NCBI GenBank assembly: GCA_013265495.1
Contig: MU061616.1
Location: forward strand, 2,868,696 to 2,932,695
Source of the DNA: Vicugna vicugna
Taxonomy: Eukaryota
Direction of reading: 5' to 3'
DNA: 64,000 nucleotides
Under the pieces are notes generated by a model. That model had not been told where the DNA came from and made no database searches. It saw only the letters and a program-made list of their open reading frames with translations. Shown here piece by piece: positions 47,287 through 58,150 of this stretch. Positions within the stretch are counted from its first letter, which is position 1. Each line of letters starts with the position of its first letter. Made by a program: the position numbers and the translations under genes.

Positions 47287-47798
47287 GTAGGTGTGTGTCT
47301 GGGGGGAGTGGAAGCGGACAGAACCTTTAGGTTCCAATTGTGTGTAAGGAAAGTACTGTTGTTCCTGGTGGTATTCCGAGTTTTACACACACTTCATCCT
47401 TAACAGAGTTCAAATGGGATAATTTATTCTCCCTTAACGTGTTCTGTACTAGACAGGATCCAAAAGGATCCAGTGAGGAAGGACCTCCGTGTCCCATTAT
47501 CTTATGTAGTCATATAATGTCCTGGTCTTAAAATGTTCCACCAGAAATGGAATCTTAATTGCATGGGAATTGATGAACAAAGTCTTTGCCTTCTCCAAAC
47601 TCCAGTCAGCGCAGAAAATAGAGGGTGGATTATGTTTGAATTGTTTCCTGGCGCAATGGTAGCTGCATCTTCTTCAGGAAGAGAGCTGCTCCATGTCTGT
47701 ATTCACTCCAGGGGCTGGGTGGGAATGATGCTGTGCAGTGCTGTGTGGAGGCTGAGTGTCTAAAGGCATTCGTTCTGGCCCATTTCCTTTCCTATTAG

Positions 47799-47976
47799 GG
47801 GAATGATGGCTGAAGGAGCTCGCCACTCCTTTGACAAAAAGGGGGTGATTGTGGTTGGAGTGGAGGACAGAGAGAAGAAAGCTGTGAACCTAGAGCGTGC
47901 CCTGGAGCTGGCAATCGAAGCAGGAGCTGAGGATGTCAAGGAAACTGAAGATGAAGAGGAAAATAACATTTTTAAA
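47799..47976 (+). CDS. TACO1: TACO1 exon 4
   Basis: ttag|G GGA; [20 protein letters not shown]...[22 protein letters not shown]; donor GTGAGT; 178 nt. Confidence 0.95.
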
Positions 47977-48297
47977 GTGAGTATGTGTTTAGTGGACTTC
48001 CAAGAGGGCCCTAAGAGACACGTTAAGTCATTTTTCTCCCAGTTTCTTCTTTCCTGCACCCGGGGTACAGATGAGGTAAAGAGCTCACCTATTGCACAAA
48101 CATTTATTAAGTGATTGCTGGATAGGGCTTACTCTTCTGAGGACAATGAGAAGGATTCAGAATACCTGAAACTTCATCTCTGCCAGTGAAGACTTAAACC
48201 CAGTGATATATTACATCCACTAGGTTTTACAAAGTTCTGTCTGGCTTTGTCCTGTTATCTCCTGGCTCCTCACCTCCTTACTTTCTTTTGTCCCTAG

Positions 48298-48498
48298 TTT
48301 ATTTGCGATGCTTCTTTACTGCATCAAGTGAGGAAGAAGCTGGACTCCCTGGGCCTGTGTTCTGTGTCCTGTGCGCTAGAGTTCATCCCCAACACAAAGG
48401 TGCGACTGGCTGACCCTGACCTGGAACAGGCTGCCCAGCTCATCCAGGCTCTTGGCAACCATGATGACGTGATCCACGTCTATGACAACATTGAGTAA
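48298..48498 (+). CDS. TACO1: TACO1 exon 5 (terminal)
   Basis: ctag|TTT; [15 protein letters not shown]...[12 protein letters not shown]; CDS totals 879 nt = 292 aa. Confidence 0.96.
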   Translation, partial: FICDASLLHQVRKKLDSLGLCSVSCALEFIPNTKVRLADPDLEQAAQLIQALGNHDDVIHVYDNIE

Positions 48499-50199
48499 CC
48501 TGGGTGCACATGCCCTCAAGCTCCTTCCCAGGCAACTGGCAGCCTACTCTGGATCACAAACTTCTGCAGCGTCCTCTGAGACTCAGGCGGGTTGGTTGGG
48601 GTGGCGGGAGTCTAACAGGTTAGGAGGCATAAGACCTGCAGCTCTGTGGTCAAGGAAATCCCTGCACTTCCGTGAGGCCTCTTAGTTCTGCGGGTGTCTC
48701 AGAACCCTCCTGGATGAGTCCGTCCCCATTCTTTTGGATGCAGGATGTGGCCAGTAGTTAGTCAGACTCCGATCTCAGGAAGTTGGCCCTTGTGGGGATG
48801 GTAGGTGCCCCGAGGGCCCATGTACTAGAAACTGCTCTTAAATAATAACAGTGATTGACCGGGGTTGCTGCTCCGCTGCTGGATGGCTCTTGAGTTTTCT
48901 TGGGTTTGTGTCCAGTTGTTGGGACCCTCTTGACTTTCTTTCAAGTCTATAGGCTTAGTTCCACTATTCCAATCCCAAGACGTTTTTGGTAAGCCTTAGA
49001 AATGAGCTCTCTCTTGCTACTTTGTGCTCTAGTGCTGGTCTAATGGTCTAAACCTGTCACTCATTCACACAATTAATAATTATCAAACACCTATTATGTA
49101 CCAGGGACTGTACTTAAGAAGAGTACAAGCTGTTCAGTTGATGCCCTGTGTTAGATCTTGCTCTAAGACACAGAACCTCACAGGGAAGACACAGGATTGC
49201 ACTCTACTGGAGCTGTGCCAGGGCAGTGTGAGCTGCTGTGCATGTATCCTTGTCCTCTTCGTGGAGCCTCTCTGCCCTGCCAGAGAGTAAGGCCCAAGCC
49301 CACTAGGAAATCAAATGCCAATGATAAGGGACTCTCAGGCCCTGCTTTGCCTGAGTCACTGTGTGTTCTGAGACTGGTCAGAGTGGACCTGTCAGTGGGG
49401 TGCACTCAGGAAAGGCCGTACCAAGCTGGTTTTGAAAGATGCTTGATCCCCAGAATGCCCAACCCTAGCTCCTTTTCATCCCTGATGCCAGATGGTGGGG
49501 CACTGGGGACTGGAGAGGAACTGAGAACAGAAGGAAGGGTGAAGGGCTGAGTCAGAAGCCTGGCCAGGTGGGAAAAAAGTAAGACCTTGGTGTCTTTTGC
49601 TCCTAAGTGTTACTTCTGGGTTTAGAGAGACCAGGAGTGCCAACCACCTGTGCTGGAGCCCGTCAAGCATGTCGGGCCTGGAGTGGCTTTTTGATCCCTG
49701 TTATTCACCTATTTATAAGTTGTTTATGCCAGTTCTAAGCTCAGAGTAATTTTCCTGAATGTGCCTAAGGTAAATTAGGATAAAAACAACTAAAACCAAA
49801 TTGGCTATAAATGATAATTTCACCGTGTAGGAAAAACAGATTACTAATTTGATGATGACTAGAGGGTGAAGGCTAGGGGGAGGAAAACCAATTAAATAAT
49901 CCACTATCGTGCCAAAGCATAGGTTTTTATGCCTCATTTCATATCAGGATAGATACTAGGAGATTCTTTAGTTTTTATAGGAGATTATCTAAATATCTGA
50001 ACAGCACATCATAAAATAGGGCAACGTAAAGTTTAAATGCCACTTCATAGTTTATAAGATAGTTTCATATTTTATTTATTTGATTTTTAAAACAAGTTCA
50101 AGTGCTTTATGCACAGATGATCTCATACCAAGCCGGTGAGAAATACATCTTGTATTGATAGACCTTGGTTTATAAAATAGCTCTGTTTTGTAAATGTTC

Positions 50200-50205
50200 A
50201 ATAAA
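50200..50205 (+). terminator. Candidate TACO1 distal polyadenylation signal
   Basis: First AATAAA I found after the TACO1 stop, with TGTA just upstream; ATTAAA also at 49891. Actual use is unknown. Confidence 0.35.
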
Positions 50206-51584
50206 AATTAACCTGAAGGAATGTGATCATTTCTGATCTGAGAAGTTTGTACTAAGGAAGCCTGCTCTAGAAGGGAACTTGGTTACTCATGTGAATAATC
50301 CTCTAATCTAATAGATAGGATTTGTTTATATGAATTCTTGTGTAACCAGTTTTCGTACATCAAAGCATACTAGGCAGCTCTGTACTGACCCCTGGCGGTG
50401 CCATGCAGTCTTCCCTGCAGTTAATATGGGAAAGGCAGGAATGAAAGCTTACTTGTATCTGATCTGCCTCTAGATCTGGTAAAGAGACCTTTAGCTACAT
50501 AGATTAAATAGTTAAGTAACTATTTAACTGAATAGTTAAGTAAAGAGGATATGAGTTATTCTGCCACTAGAATTATTTTTCAAAGAATATTTTATGTCAG
50601 AAAATGTGTGTAATATGTTAAGTGAAAAACAAAGATGCAAAACTATTTCTATCTATCTATTTATCTATAAAGTATGATCCAAAAATTTTTAATATGTATC
50701 ATACTGTATATATGAAGTTCAAAAAAAAAGTCTAGAAGGAAGTATACCAAAATGTCAAAACTGGTTATCTCTGGGTGGGGATGTTATAACTGAGTTTTAT
50801 TTTCTGTGGTCATGGATTACTTTTATCATGGGAAACATTTTTTAAAAAAGGAAAACTAGTCACATTATTGTCCAGCTAGGGAGACAGCATGTGAGAGGCC
50901 GAGAGTAGGTGTACCTTAAAGTCAAAAAAGAAAGGGGTCTATTCCTGGCTTGCCTTTGCCTTATCTTTAGTCATTGTCTTAGCAACACAAAATCATTTAG
51001 CACCTTGCAGCTGGCTCAGGCTCACTTTCAAGTGTCCTCTCAGTGGGATGGGGTACTAGTGACAGGCTCTGTCCACAGCCTTGACTCTTACAAGAAGTGT
51101 TCAGTTGGTACGTAGCTGCCGCACCTCTGCCAGGGTCCCTGGGTGAATGAAACAGGTGCAGTGAAGGCTCTGCCTCCAGCAGCCATGGAAATTCAGCCAT
51201 GTGGTTGAGTTACCATAGCAATTAGTAAAGCTCCATACTCTAATAAGAGTCCCCAGCTTCTGAATCCCAGGGGACTCCTGGAGACATTCTGTGAAGAGAA
51301 AATAAATGAGCCAGTAGGTCTGGCAAAAGAGGGTGTCGTGATAGATAACACACTAGTCTTGACTGAAATCAATTTCTTTGTTCTAACCGAAGAAGCAGTT
51401 TTTACTTTTTCCTCTTTCTTTTTTTTTTTTTGGTTTGTACCAAAAAGGTAATATTTATTGTTTTTTAAAAAGTAAGACCTTATAGAAATATATAACAAAA
51501 AGATAAAAAGTCTCATCTAATCCTGCCTCCTAAAATAAAACCGCTATTAACAACCTACTCTACTCACTGGTACCAGTCTGCCAG

Positions 51585-51775
51585 GAAACACATTCTGACT
51601 CTGCCAATTGCTAGCAACCTTGGGCAAGAACTTAAGCTCTTTGTACCTATTTCTTCATCCATAAAATGGGGATAATAGTACCTATTTCATAGGGCTGTTT
51701 TGAGAATTAAGTGAGTTAATATATGTTAAACCCTTAAAACAATACCTGGCAATAGTAAGTATTCAGTAAATGTTG
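51585..51775 (+). mobile_element. MIR SINE
   Basis: ACCTTGGGCAAG...TTTCTTCATCCATAAAATGGGGATAATAGTACCTATTTCATAGGG. Confidence 0.8.
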
Positions 51776-52144
51776 GCCTTTTTCCCCCTAGTAAGTATGA
51801 ATGAGCATTTTAAAAACTGAGATGTGATCACCCTATACATACCTGTTTATAGCCTGTCTCACCCACCCCTGCTTCCCCCCTCCCCCCACCCCCGATTCTC
51901 CACCAAGGTATATCCTGGATATCTTTTGGTATTAGATTGGAGAGATCTGCTTCATTCTTTCTGGTAGCTACATAGTATTTTGTTGTATTAATTATTGTGC
52001 CATGATTTATTTAACTAGTCTCTGTCAGTGGACATTTGGGTTATCATTCTTACAAAAGATGCTACATGAATATTTTTTACCTTTCCTCTCTTGCAAAATA
52101 TTCTTTAGGATAAATTTATAGAGGTGGAATTTTAGAATGAAAAG

Positions 52145-52254
52145 ATGGGGAGAAAAATAGCTCAGTGGTAGGGCACATGCCTAGCATGCCTGGGTTCAAT
52201 CCCTGGTACCGCCATTAAAAAAAAAATGACTCAGCATGATTAAAAAAAAATCAA
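52145..52254 (+). mobile_element. tRNA-derived SINE, short internally deleted copy
   Basis: TAGCTCAGTGGTAG...CTAGCATG...GGGTTCAATCCC then an A-run; possible 9-bp TSD AATGAAAAG at 52136 and 52255. Confidence 0.75.
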
Positions 52255-52916
52255 AATGAAAAGCAATTTTTCTATAGAAGTAAATGTCACTAATATATAA
52301 AAATGTAAACAAGATATAAAAATCTCTATTTACATTATTCCTTAACAATGCAGGTAAACTAATTGGTTGAACTGGTAATCTGAATATATTCCACTTTACC
52401 TCTGAATTTAAAAGAATTTTATCAAATCAGGTGGTAGGTTTATTGGCTTGTTTTCTTTTTTACAGCAAATTCATTGAGCTAGCTCTTAAGGGAATTTATT
52501 CATTTGTATTGTTCCCTGTCCTGCGCTCTTGAAGGAAGAAAGGGAAAGTGTGCAGCTGATGTGTGACTGGCCACCTAATGGGACCAGCATTTCTGAGGCC
52601 CTAAGCACTAGGAGCAGGGATGACTTAGATGTTTAACCAGGGGCATCTACTCAGTGTAAAACTAGGGGAACAGACTTGAGAAAGCCTGGCCCAGTTTGGA
52701 GGTTTCACTTGGGGAAAATGAGGAGAGAAACAGTATAGAGAAGATAAAACATATAGCTAAAAGGGCATATCTGTGGAAATTGCATTCAGTTACTAACATC
52801 CCCTCTTGAGGTTCACTTATTCTGTAAATAAATACTTGTTTTTTGAATGTTCTATGAAAGATGCTAGACATACCATTTTGAATGACACAGCTTCTGTCTT
52901 TATGCTTACTTTCTTA

Positions 52917-53060
52917 CTGTTTTTTTTCTGTGGGGGGAGGTAATTAGGTTTATTTGTTTATTTTTATTATTTTTTAATGGAGGTTCTATACTGGGAATGG
53001 AACCCAGGACCTCATGCATGCTAACCATGCGCTCTACCACTGAGCTGTATCCTCCCGCCC
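52917..53060 (-). mobile_element. tRNA-Ala-derived SINE (Vic-1-like), full length
   Basis: Reverse complement reads GGGAGGATACAGCTCAGTGGTAGAGCGCATGGTTAGCATGCATGAGGTCCTGGGTTC plus the same tail as the 19632 copy; 15-bp TSD ATGCTTACTTTCTTA at 52902 and 53061. Confidence 0.92.
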
Positions 53061-53899
53061 ATGCTTACTTTCTTAAAGGCAGTTACAGTAGAGTAGGACA
53101 AGTGCTTTGATGGAGAAAGTACTAGGTGCTCTGCTACCCAGATTTAGGGGCACCTGTCTAGAAAGACTCCCTGAGAGGAGCAATATTTAGGCTTATTTCT
53201 TCCCTGAAAGAATTGGGGGTGGGGCAAGAATGAAGGAGAGATGTGTTTGAGACAGAGAAAACAGCAGATGCTTAGTTAGAAGCAAGAGAGAGTCATATTT
53301 GTGGAACTGCTGGTAGTTCTCTGTGGCCAGAACATAGAATGTGATTGATGGGATTGGTGGAGGTGGGAAATGGAAAAACTTGTGGCTGGAGAAGGAATGG
53401 CCTGGGTCCTGAAGGGCCTTCTTAGCTACATTCACATATTCGACTTATCCCAAGGATGATGGGAAACTAAAAATTTTTAAGCAGAGCATGACTGGATCAG
53501 GTGTTTGTTTTAAAAAGATCACCCTGTAATGTGAGCACACACTGGGAGGCTGTTATAGTTAGTAATCCAAATAGGAGATTATGATGGTATGAATCAGGCT
53601 GGCGGAGCTGGGGTCAGAGGAGGAATGGACGGATTGGAGACATGGTCACGATTAGCAGTGGGGGAGGGGAAATGAAGAGGAAGAGCTCTCCAAGTTAGAT
53701 AACTCAAAAGCACCCAACTTGAGGAAATGAAAATGGAGAGAGGAAATGCCTCTGAAGCTCAGAAGAGAGTCCAGTATGGTAACTGCAGCATGGGAATTTT
53801 TGAGATGGCTGGTTAAGGGACAGAAAATGGAAATGAAGCCCTCAAGGAAAGCAGTTGCTGGGAAGGTAGAAGAAAAATCAGAAGGCGCTTTTCAGCTAA

Positions 53900-54720
53900 A
53901 AGCTTACTGTAGTTGTATTACAGTTCTCTCCTATGTGCAAGGCACTATTCTAAGTGCTGATGATAGAGCAGTGAACAGGACAAAATCCCTGCTCCTACAA
54001 GGCTTACGTTCACTGTAGCTGGAGGAAAGACACATCAGTATATAATTTCAGGCACTGTGAAGAAAAATAAGGCAGAATATGGAAATACTGAATGGAAATA
54101 CAGAATGATGGAGGGGAGAGAGGGTATTTTGGTTGGGGTGGTAGGGCACTCTTAAGAGTTGACATTTGAGCAGAGACCTGAACGAAATGCAGAAATTAGC
54201 AATGGGAGCATGTTGGGGAAGATCATTCCAGGCAGAACAAATGGCAAGTGCAAAGGTCCTGAGGTGAAAGGTCCTGAGCTTGGTAGGTTCAAAGTATGCT
54301 AAGAAGGCCAGTGTGGCTGGAGGATAGTGATTGAGGGAGTAGGAGAGATGAAGTAGGAAAGGTTGGCTGGGGCTAGCTCCTGTTGGGCCTGGAAGGCCAT
54401 AATAGAGAGTTTGGGATTTATTCTGAGTGTGATGGGATGCCATTGGAGGGTTGACATCAGAGGAGTGACATGATCTGAATTACATTTTATAAGGATCACT
54501 CTGGCTGCTGTGTGGAGAATCATTTGTTGCATGGCCCCAGAAGAAACAAGGAGACAAGTTAGGAGGCTAGGACCGTCATCCAGTAAAGAGGGTGGCAGGT
54601 TGCACAAGGTTGGAAGTGGTGAGTAGTTGGATTCAGACACATTTTGAAACAAGAGCCAAAAAGCCTTGATGATTGGATATAGGAATGTTAGTGAAAGAGT
54701 AAAATCAAGGAATACTTCTC
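53900..54720 (-). mobile_element. L2 LINE fragment
   Basis: CTATGTGCAAGGCACTATTCTAAGTGCTG...GCAAGTGCAAAGGTCCTGAGG...AAGGATCACTCTGGCTGCTGTGTGGAG antisense L2. Confidence 0.8.
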
Positions 54721-55002
54721 CTAGGTTTGTATTTTAACAACTGGGAAAATAGAGGAGCAAAGTTTTTTGGGGGTAGGGGAAAAGAATCAAGAGTTCAGTA
54801 TAAAATACGTTAAATTGAAGTTGTGTTTTAGACATTCCAAGAGAAGCTGCTGAATAAACCTTTGAATACAGACAATGGAGTGGGTACTAGATTTCCGCTA
54901 GCATAAATGTGTCTTTTTAAAAATATCTCACAGCTCGGTAAAATTAAGGGTCATCTCTCAGCCTCAGGTTGGCAGATTGTGACCTCTAGTAGTGGCTTAT
55001 TA

Positions 55003-55452
55003 CACACAGTCTCAACAGGGTGATATCCCCAACAGGGCAAAAAATGATTCTAAAAAGGTGAAAAAAAATCTTAATGGAATGTGGCCTTCAAAGCTCAACC
55101 CTATTTGACAAAATCTTCCTTAGTATTTAATTTCTCTCATTAGGGAGAATTTTTTAAAATTGAAGTATAGTGGATTTGCAATGTTGTGTTAGTTTCGGGT
55201 ATACAGCAAAGTGATTCAATTATACACACAGACAAAAAAAGAAAATTCAACTATACACAAATATATCTATTTTTCAGATTCTTTTCCATGTAATTACAAG
55301 ATATTGAATATAGTTCCATGTGCCATATAGTAGGTCCTTGTTGTTATATATGGTAGTGTGTATCTGTTAATCCCGATCATTAGGGAGAATTTAAGTAATT
55401 AAAAATTTTCTCCTTAAGGGGTGATAATGAAAAAAACAGTTGAGAAACTTTG
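55003..55452. mobile_element. hAT-Charlie-type MITE interrupted by an L1 3' fragment
   Basis: Decayed TIRs ...TCTCAAC / GTTGAGAAACTTTG; the two halves rejoin across a 16-bp TSD. Confidence 0.55.
55153..55376 (-). mobile_element. Short artiodactyl-type L1 3' fragment
   Basis: Similar to the 27182 element (TTGAAGTATAG...TACAAGATATTGAATATAGTTCC); perfect 16-bp TSD TCATTAGGGAGAATTT at 55137 and 55377. Confidence 0.88.
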
Positions 55453-56299
55453 ACCTAGTGCAAGAACATGGCCTTTGGGTGTCAGACACACCTGGTATGG
55501 ATCCTAGGTCTACCACTTGGACATGGTACTTCTCTGAGCCTCACTTTCATCATTTAAATGCCAATAATATTACTTACCTCAGAGTTATTGAAAAGATTAA
55601 ATGAGATGATGTGCCTAATATATAGTAAATGATTGATACATATTAATTCTTTTCCGCTTTACCTCCCCTTCCCAGAAAAGAGAGATTATTATAGTTAAGG
55701 AACTACAGTAAACTGAGTAGGGATCTCAACAAGTGGGAAAATGACTGACTTAAAAGCTTGTTGGGGGAAAAAAAAACCTAACAGGACATGGGGCCTGATT
55801 AAATATTGGGGGGTGGGGGGTGTGTAAAGAAAGAAGTCTAAATAATGCTTAAGAAATTTGACACCCAAGGCAAAGCCACTGCTAAAGATCTTTAGTTGAC
55901 ATCAGAGGAAGATGTTTCTGGCATCTGATTTATATTACACTGGAACCAGAGGAATGGAGCCTGTATTAATTTTGCTGGACTTGGAATCCGAAGATCTGGG
56001 TGTATAAAATGTTGAAAAACGGAGGTTGGGAAAATTAATTATAGTCACTGCATTTTGAAATATGCAGCCAGTACAATTGTTTTCGAACAATATTTGGAGG
56101 CTTGGGAAACACATAATAAAATGTAAGCACACGACAAAAGAATATGAAGCTATACGTGCATATTTAGGTAGGAAAGAGAGAAAATTATCTCTGGGTTGAA
56201 TTTTTATTTTTTCAGTTTTAATACAAAGAGCTTGTACTGCTTTTATTATAACTAGGAAAAAATTTTTCTTTCCGAAATAATCTCTCTGGCTTTGCCACT

Positions 56300-58150
56300 T
56301 AATGGTTTCGGCCCTGGCCAGCGGATTCCAAGGACCCACCTTTCGGCACTACCCTAGCCCCTTGGAAGGTGTGGCCCTGGAGGTGTGAGACCCAGGAGAA
56401 GGCGGGCAATGGTAAGCCGATCCTGCCTCCCGGCAAGCGCAGCGTCTGAACAGGAGGATTTGCCAGGGAATCTGGCGGCAGAGGTGGCCACACGCCGGGA
56501 AGCGCTCAGAGCCAGAACCCTCCCCGCTTATTACGCTCCCGATGTGGGCACAGGGAGGGGTAGGACGTCAGCCTCAGGGACCGCCGAGGGGCGGGAGGCC
56601 AGGGGCCCTTGCAGTCGTCTTCCCAAACTCCAGCCTCAAAGTAGCCGTCGGGGAACCACGCCAGCCCGCGCGCCCGCGGAGACTTCGGTGACTGATGGGA
56701 GGTGGGAATATGGGCGGAGCCTCAAATGCGAGCTGTGATTGGAGCCACCAACACCTCCCGGGGAGAGAGGGCGGGCAAGCCTGCGAGGGATGCGCAGAGG
56801 AGGGTGCTCAGAGCCCTTTAAGTGATTGGCTAGCAGCGGAGTGAACCGGCCGCTGTTTCTATGATTGGCAGGCGGTAGACAGCCCTCGGAAATCTCCTTG
56901 GCTTCGCCCATTGGCATCCTGCGAGAGTAGGCGGGATTGGTTCATCGTGTGGTGCTGATGATTAGCTGGCGGCTGAGAGTTAGGGTGTTGGGGAGAGAAC
57001 GGGGGGAGATGGGGCGGTGGGGGCAATGACTTCCTCCTTGTTATTGGCTGATGAAGTGAGTGGAGGTGGTACCAACGTCCAGCGACTGCCTGGGATTGGC
57101 GGGCGCTGGGGNNNNNNNNNNNNNNNNNNNNNNNNNNNNNNNNNNNNNNNNNNNNNNNNNNNNNNNNNNNNNNNNNNNNNNNNNNNNNNNNNNNNNNNNN
57201 NNNNNNNNNNNNNNNNNNNNNNNNNNNNNNNNNNNNNNNNNNNNNNNNNNNNNNNNNNNNNNNNNNNNNNNNNNNNNNNNNNNNNNNNNNNGTCACCCTG
57301 CCCATGCCACANNNNNNNNNNNNNNNNNNNNNNNNNNNNNNNNNNNNNNNNNNNNNNNNNNNNNNNNNNNNNNNNNNNNNNNNNNNNNNNNNNNNNNNNN
57401 NNNNNNNNNNNNNNNNNNNNNNNNNNNNNNNNNNNNNNNNNNNNNNNNNNNNNNNNNNNNNNNNNNNNNNNNNNNNNNNNNNNNNNNNNNNNNNNNNNNN
57501 NNNNNNNNNNNNNNNNNNNNNNNNNNNNNNNNNNNNNNNNNNNNNNNNNNNNNGGGCTGAGGGGAGGAGGACCCTGGGCCGCCGCCTGACAGGCATGGAC
57601 AGCCCGCCCGGCCCGGGCTGCGGACCGCCGGCGCTATCCCGCCCTGCTAGCGGCTCAGTGGCTCCGCGGCCCGGGCGGGGGTTCTGGCACCCCTGGCCCG
57701 CCGGGGCGGTCCCGGCCGGCTGAGCCCACTCAGCAGCCTTCTTTTCTGCCGGGCCGCGCGGCGGGCGCATCCCAAGGAAGCAGAGGCAGGAGCGAGGGCC
57801 CACGCTCCGCGGGGCAGATCGCTCCGGCCCAAAAGAGCCGGACCGCGAGCCCGAGGGCGGGNNNNNNNNNNNNNNNNNNNNNNNNNNNNNNNNNNNNNNN
57901 NNNNNNNNNNNNNNNNNNNNNNNNNNNNNNNNNNNNNNNNNNNNNNNNNNNNNNNNNNNNNNNNNNNNNNNNNNNNNNNNNNNNNNNNNNNNNNNNNNNN
58001 NNNNNNNNNNNNNNNNNNNNNNNNNNNNGCGTGCCCCAGCGCAGGGGGGAGGGCGTGCGGGGAGATAGGCTGGGAGGTGATTAAAATGGCAATCACTGTT
58101 ATCAACAGCGCGGTTGAGAAATGCGAACTACACGCAGATTGCTGGAGGTT
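56300..58150 (+). promoter_or_regulatory. MAP3K3: CpG island: probable MAP3K3 promoter and exon 1 (largely N-masked)
   Basis: CpG island about 8 kb after TACO1. Identity is inferred only from the recalled gene order KCNH6-DCAF7-TACO1-MAP3K3; no MAP3K3 coding sequence is visible. As I recall, exon 1 carries only the first few coding nt, which would fall in N-run 57862-58028. Confidence 0.55.
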
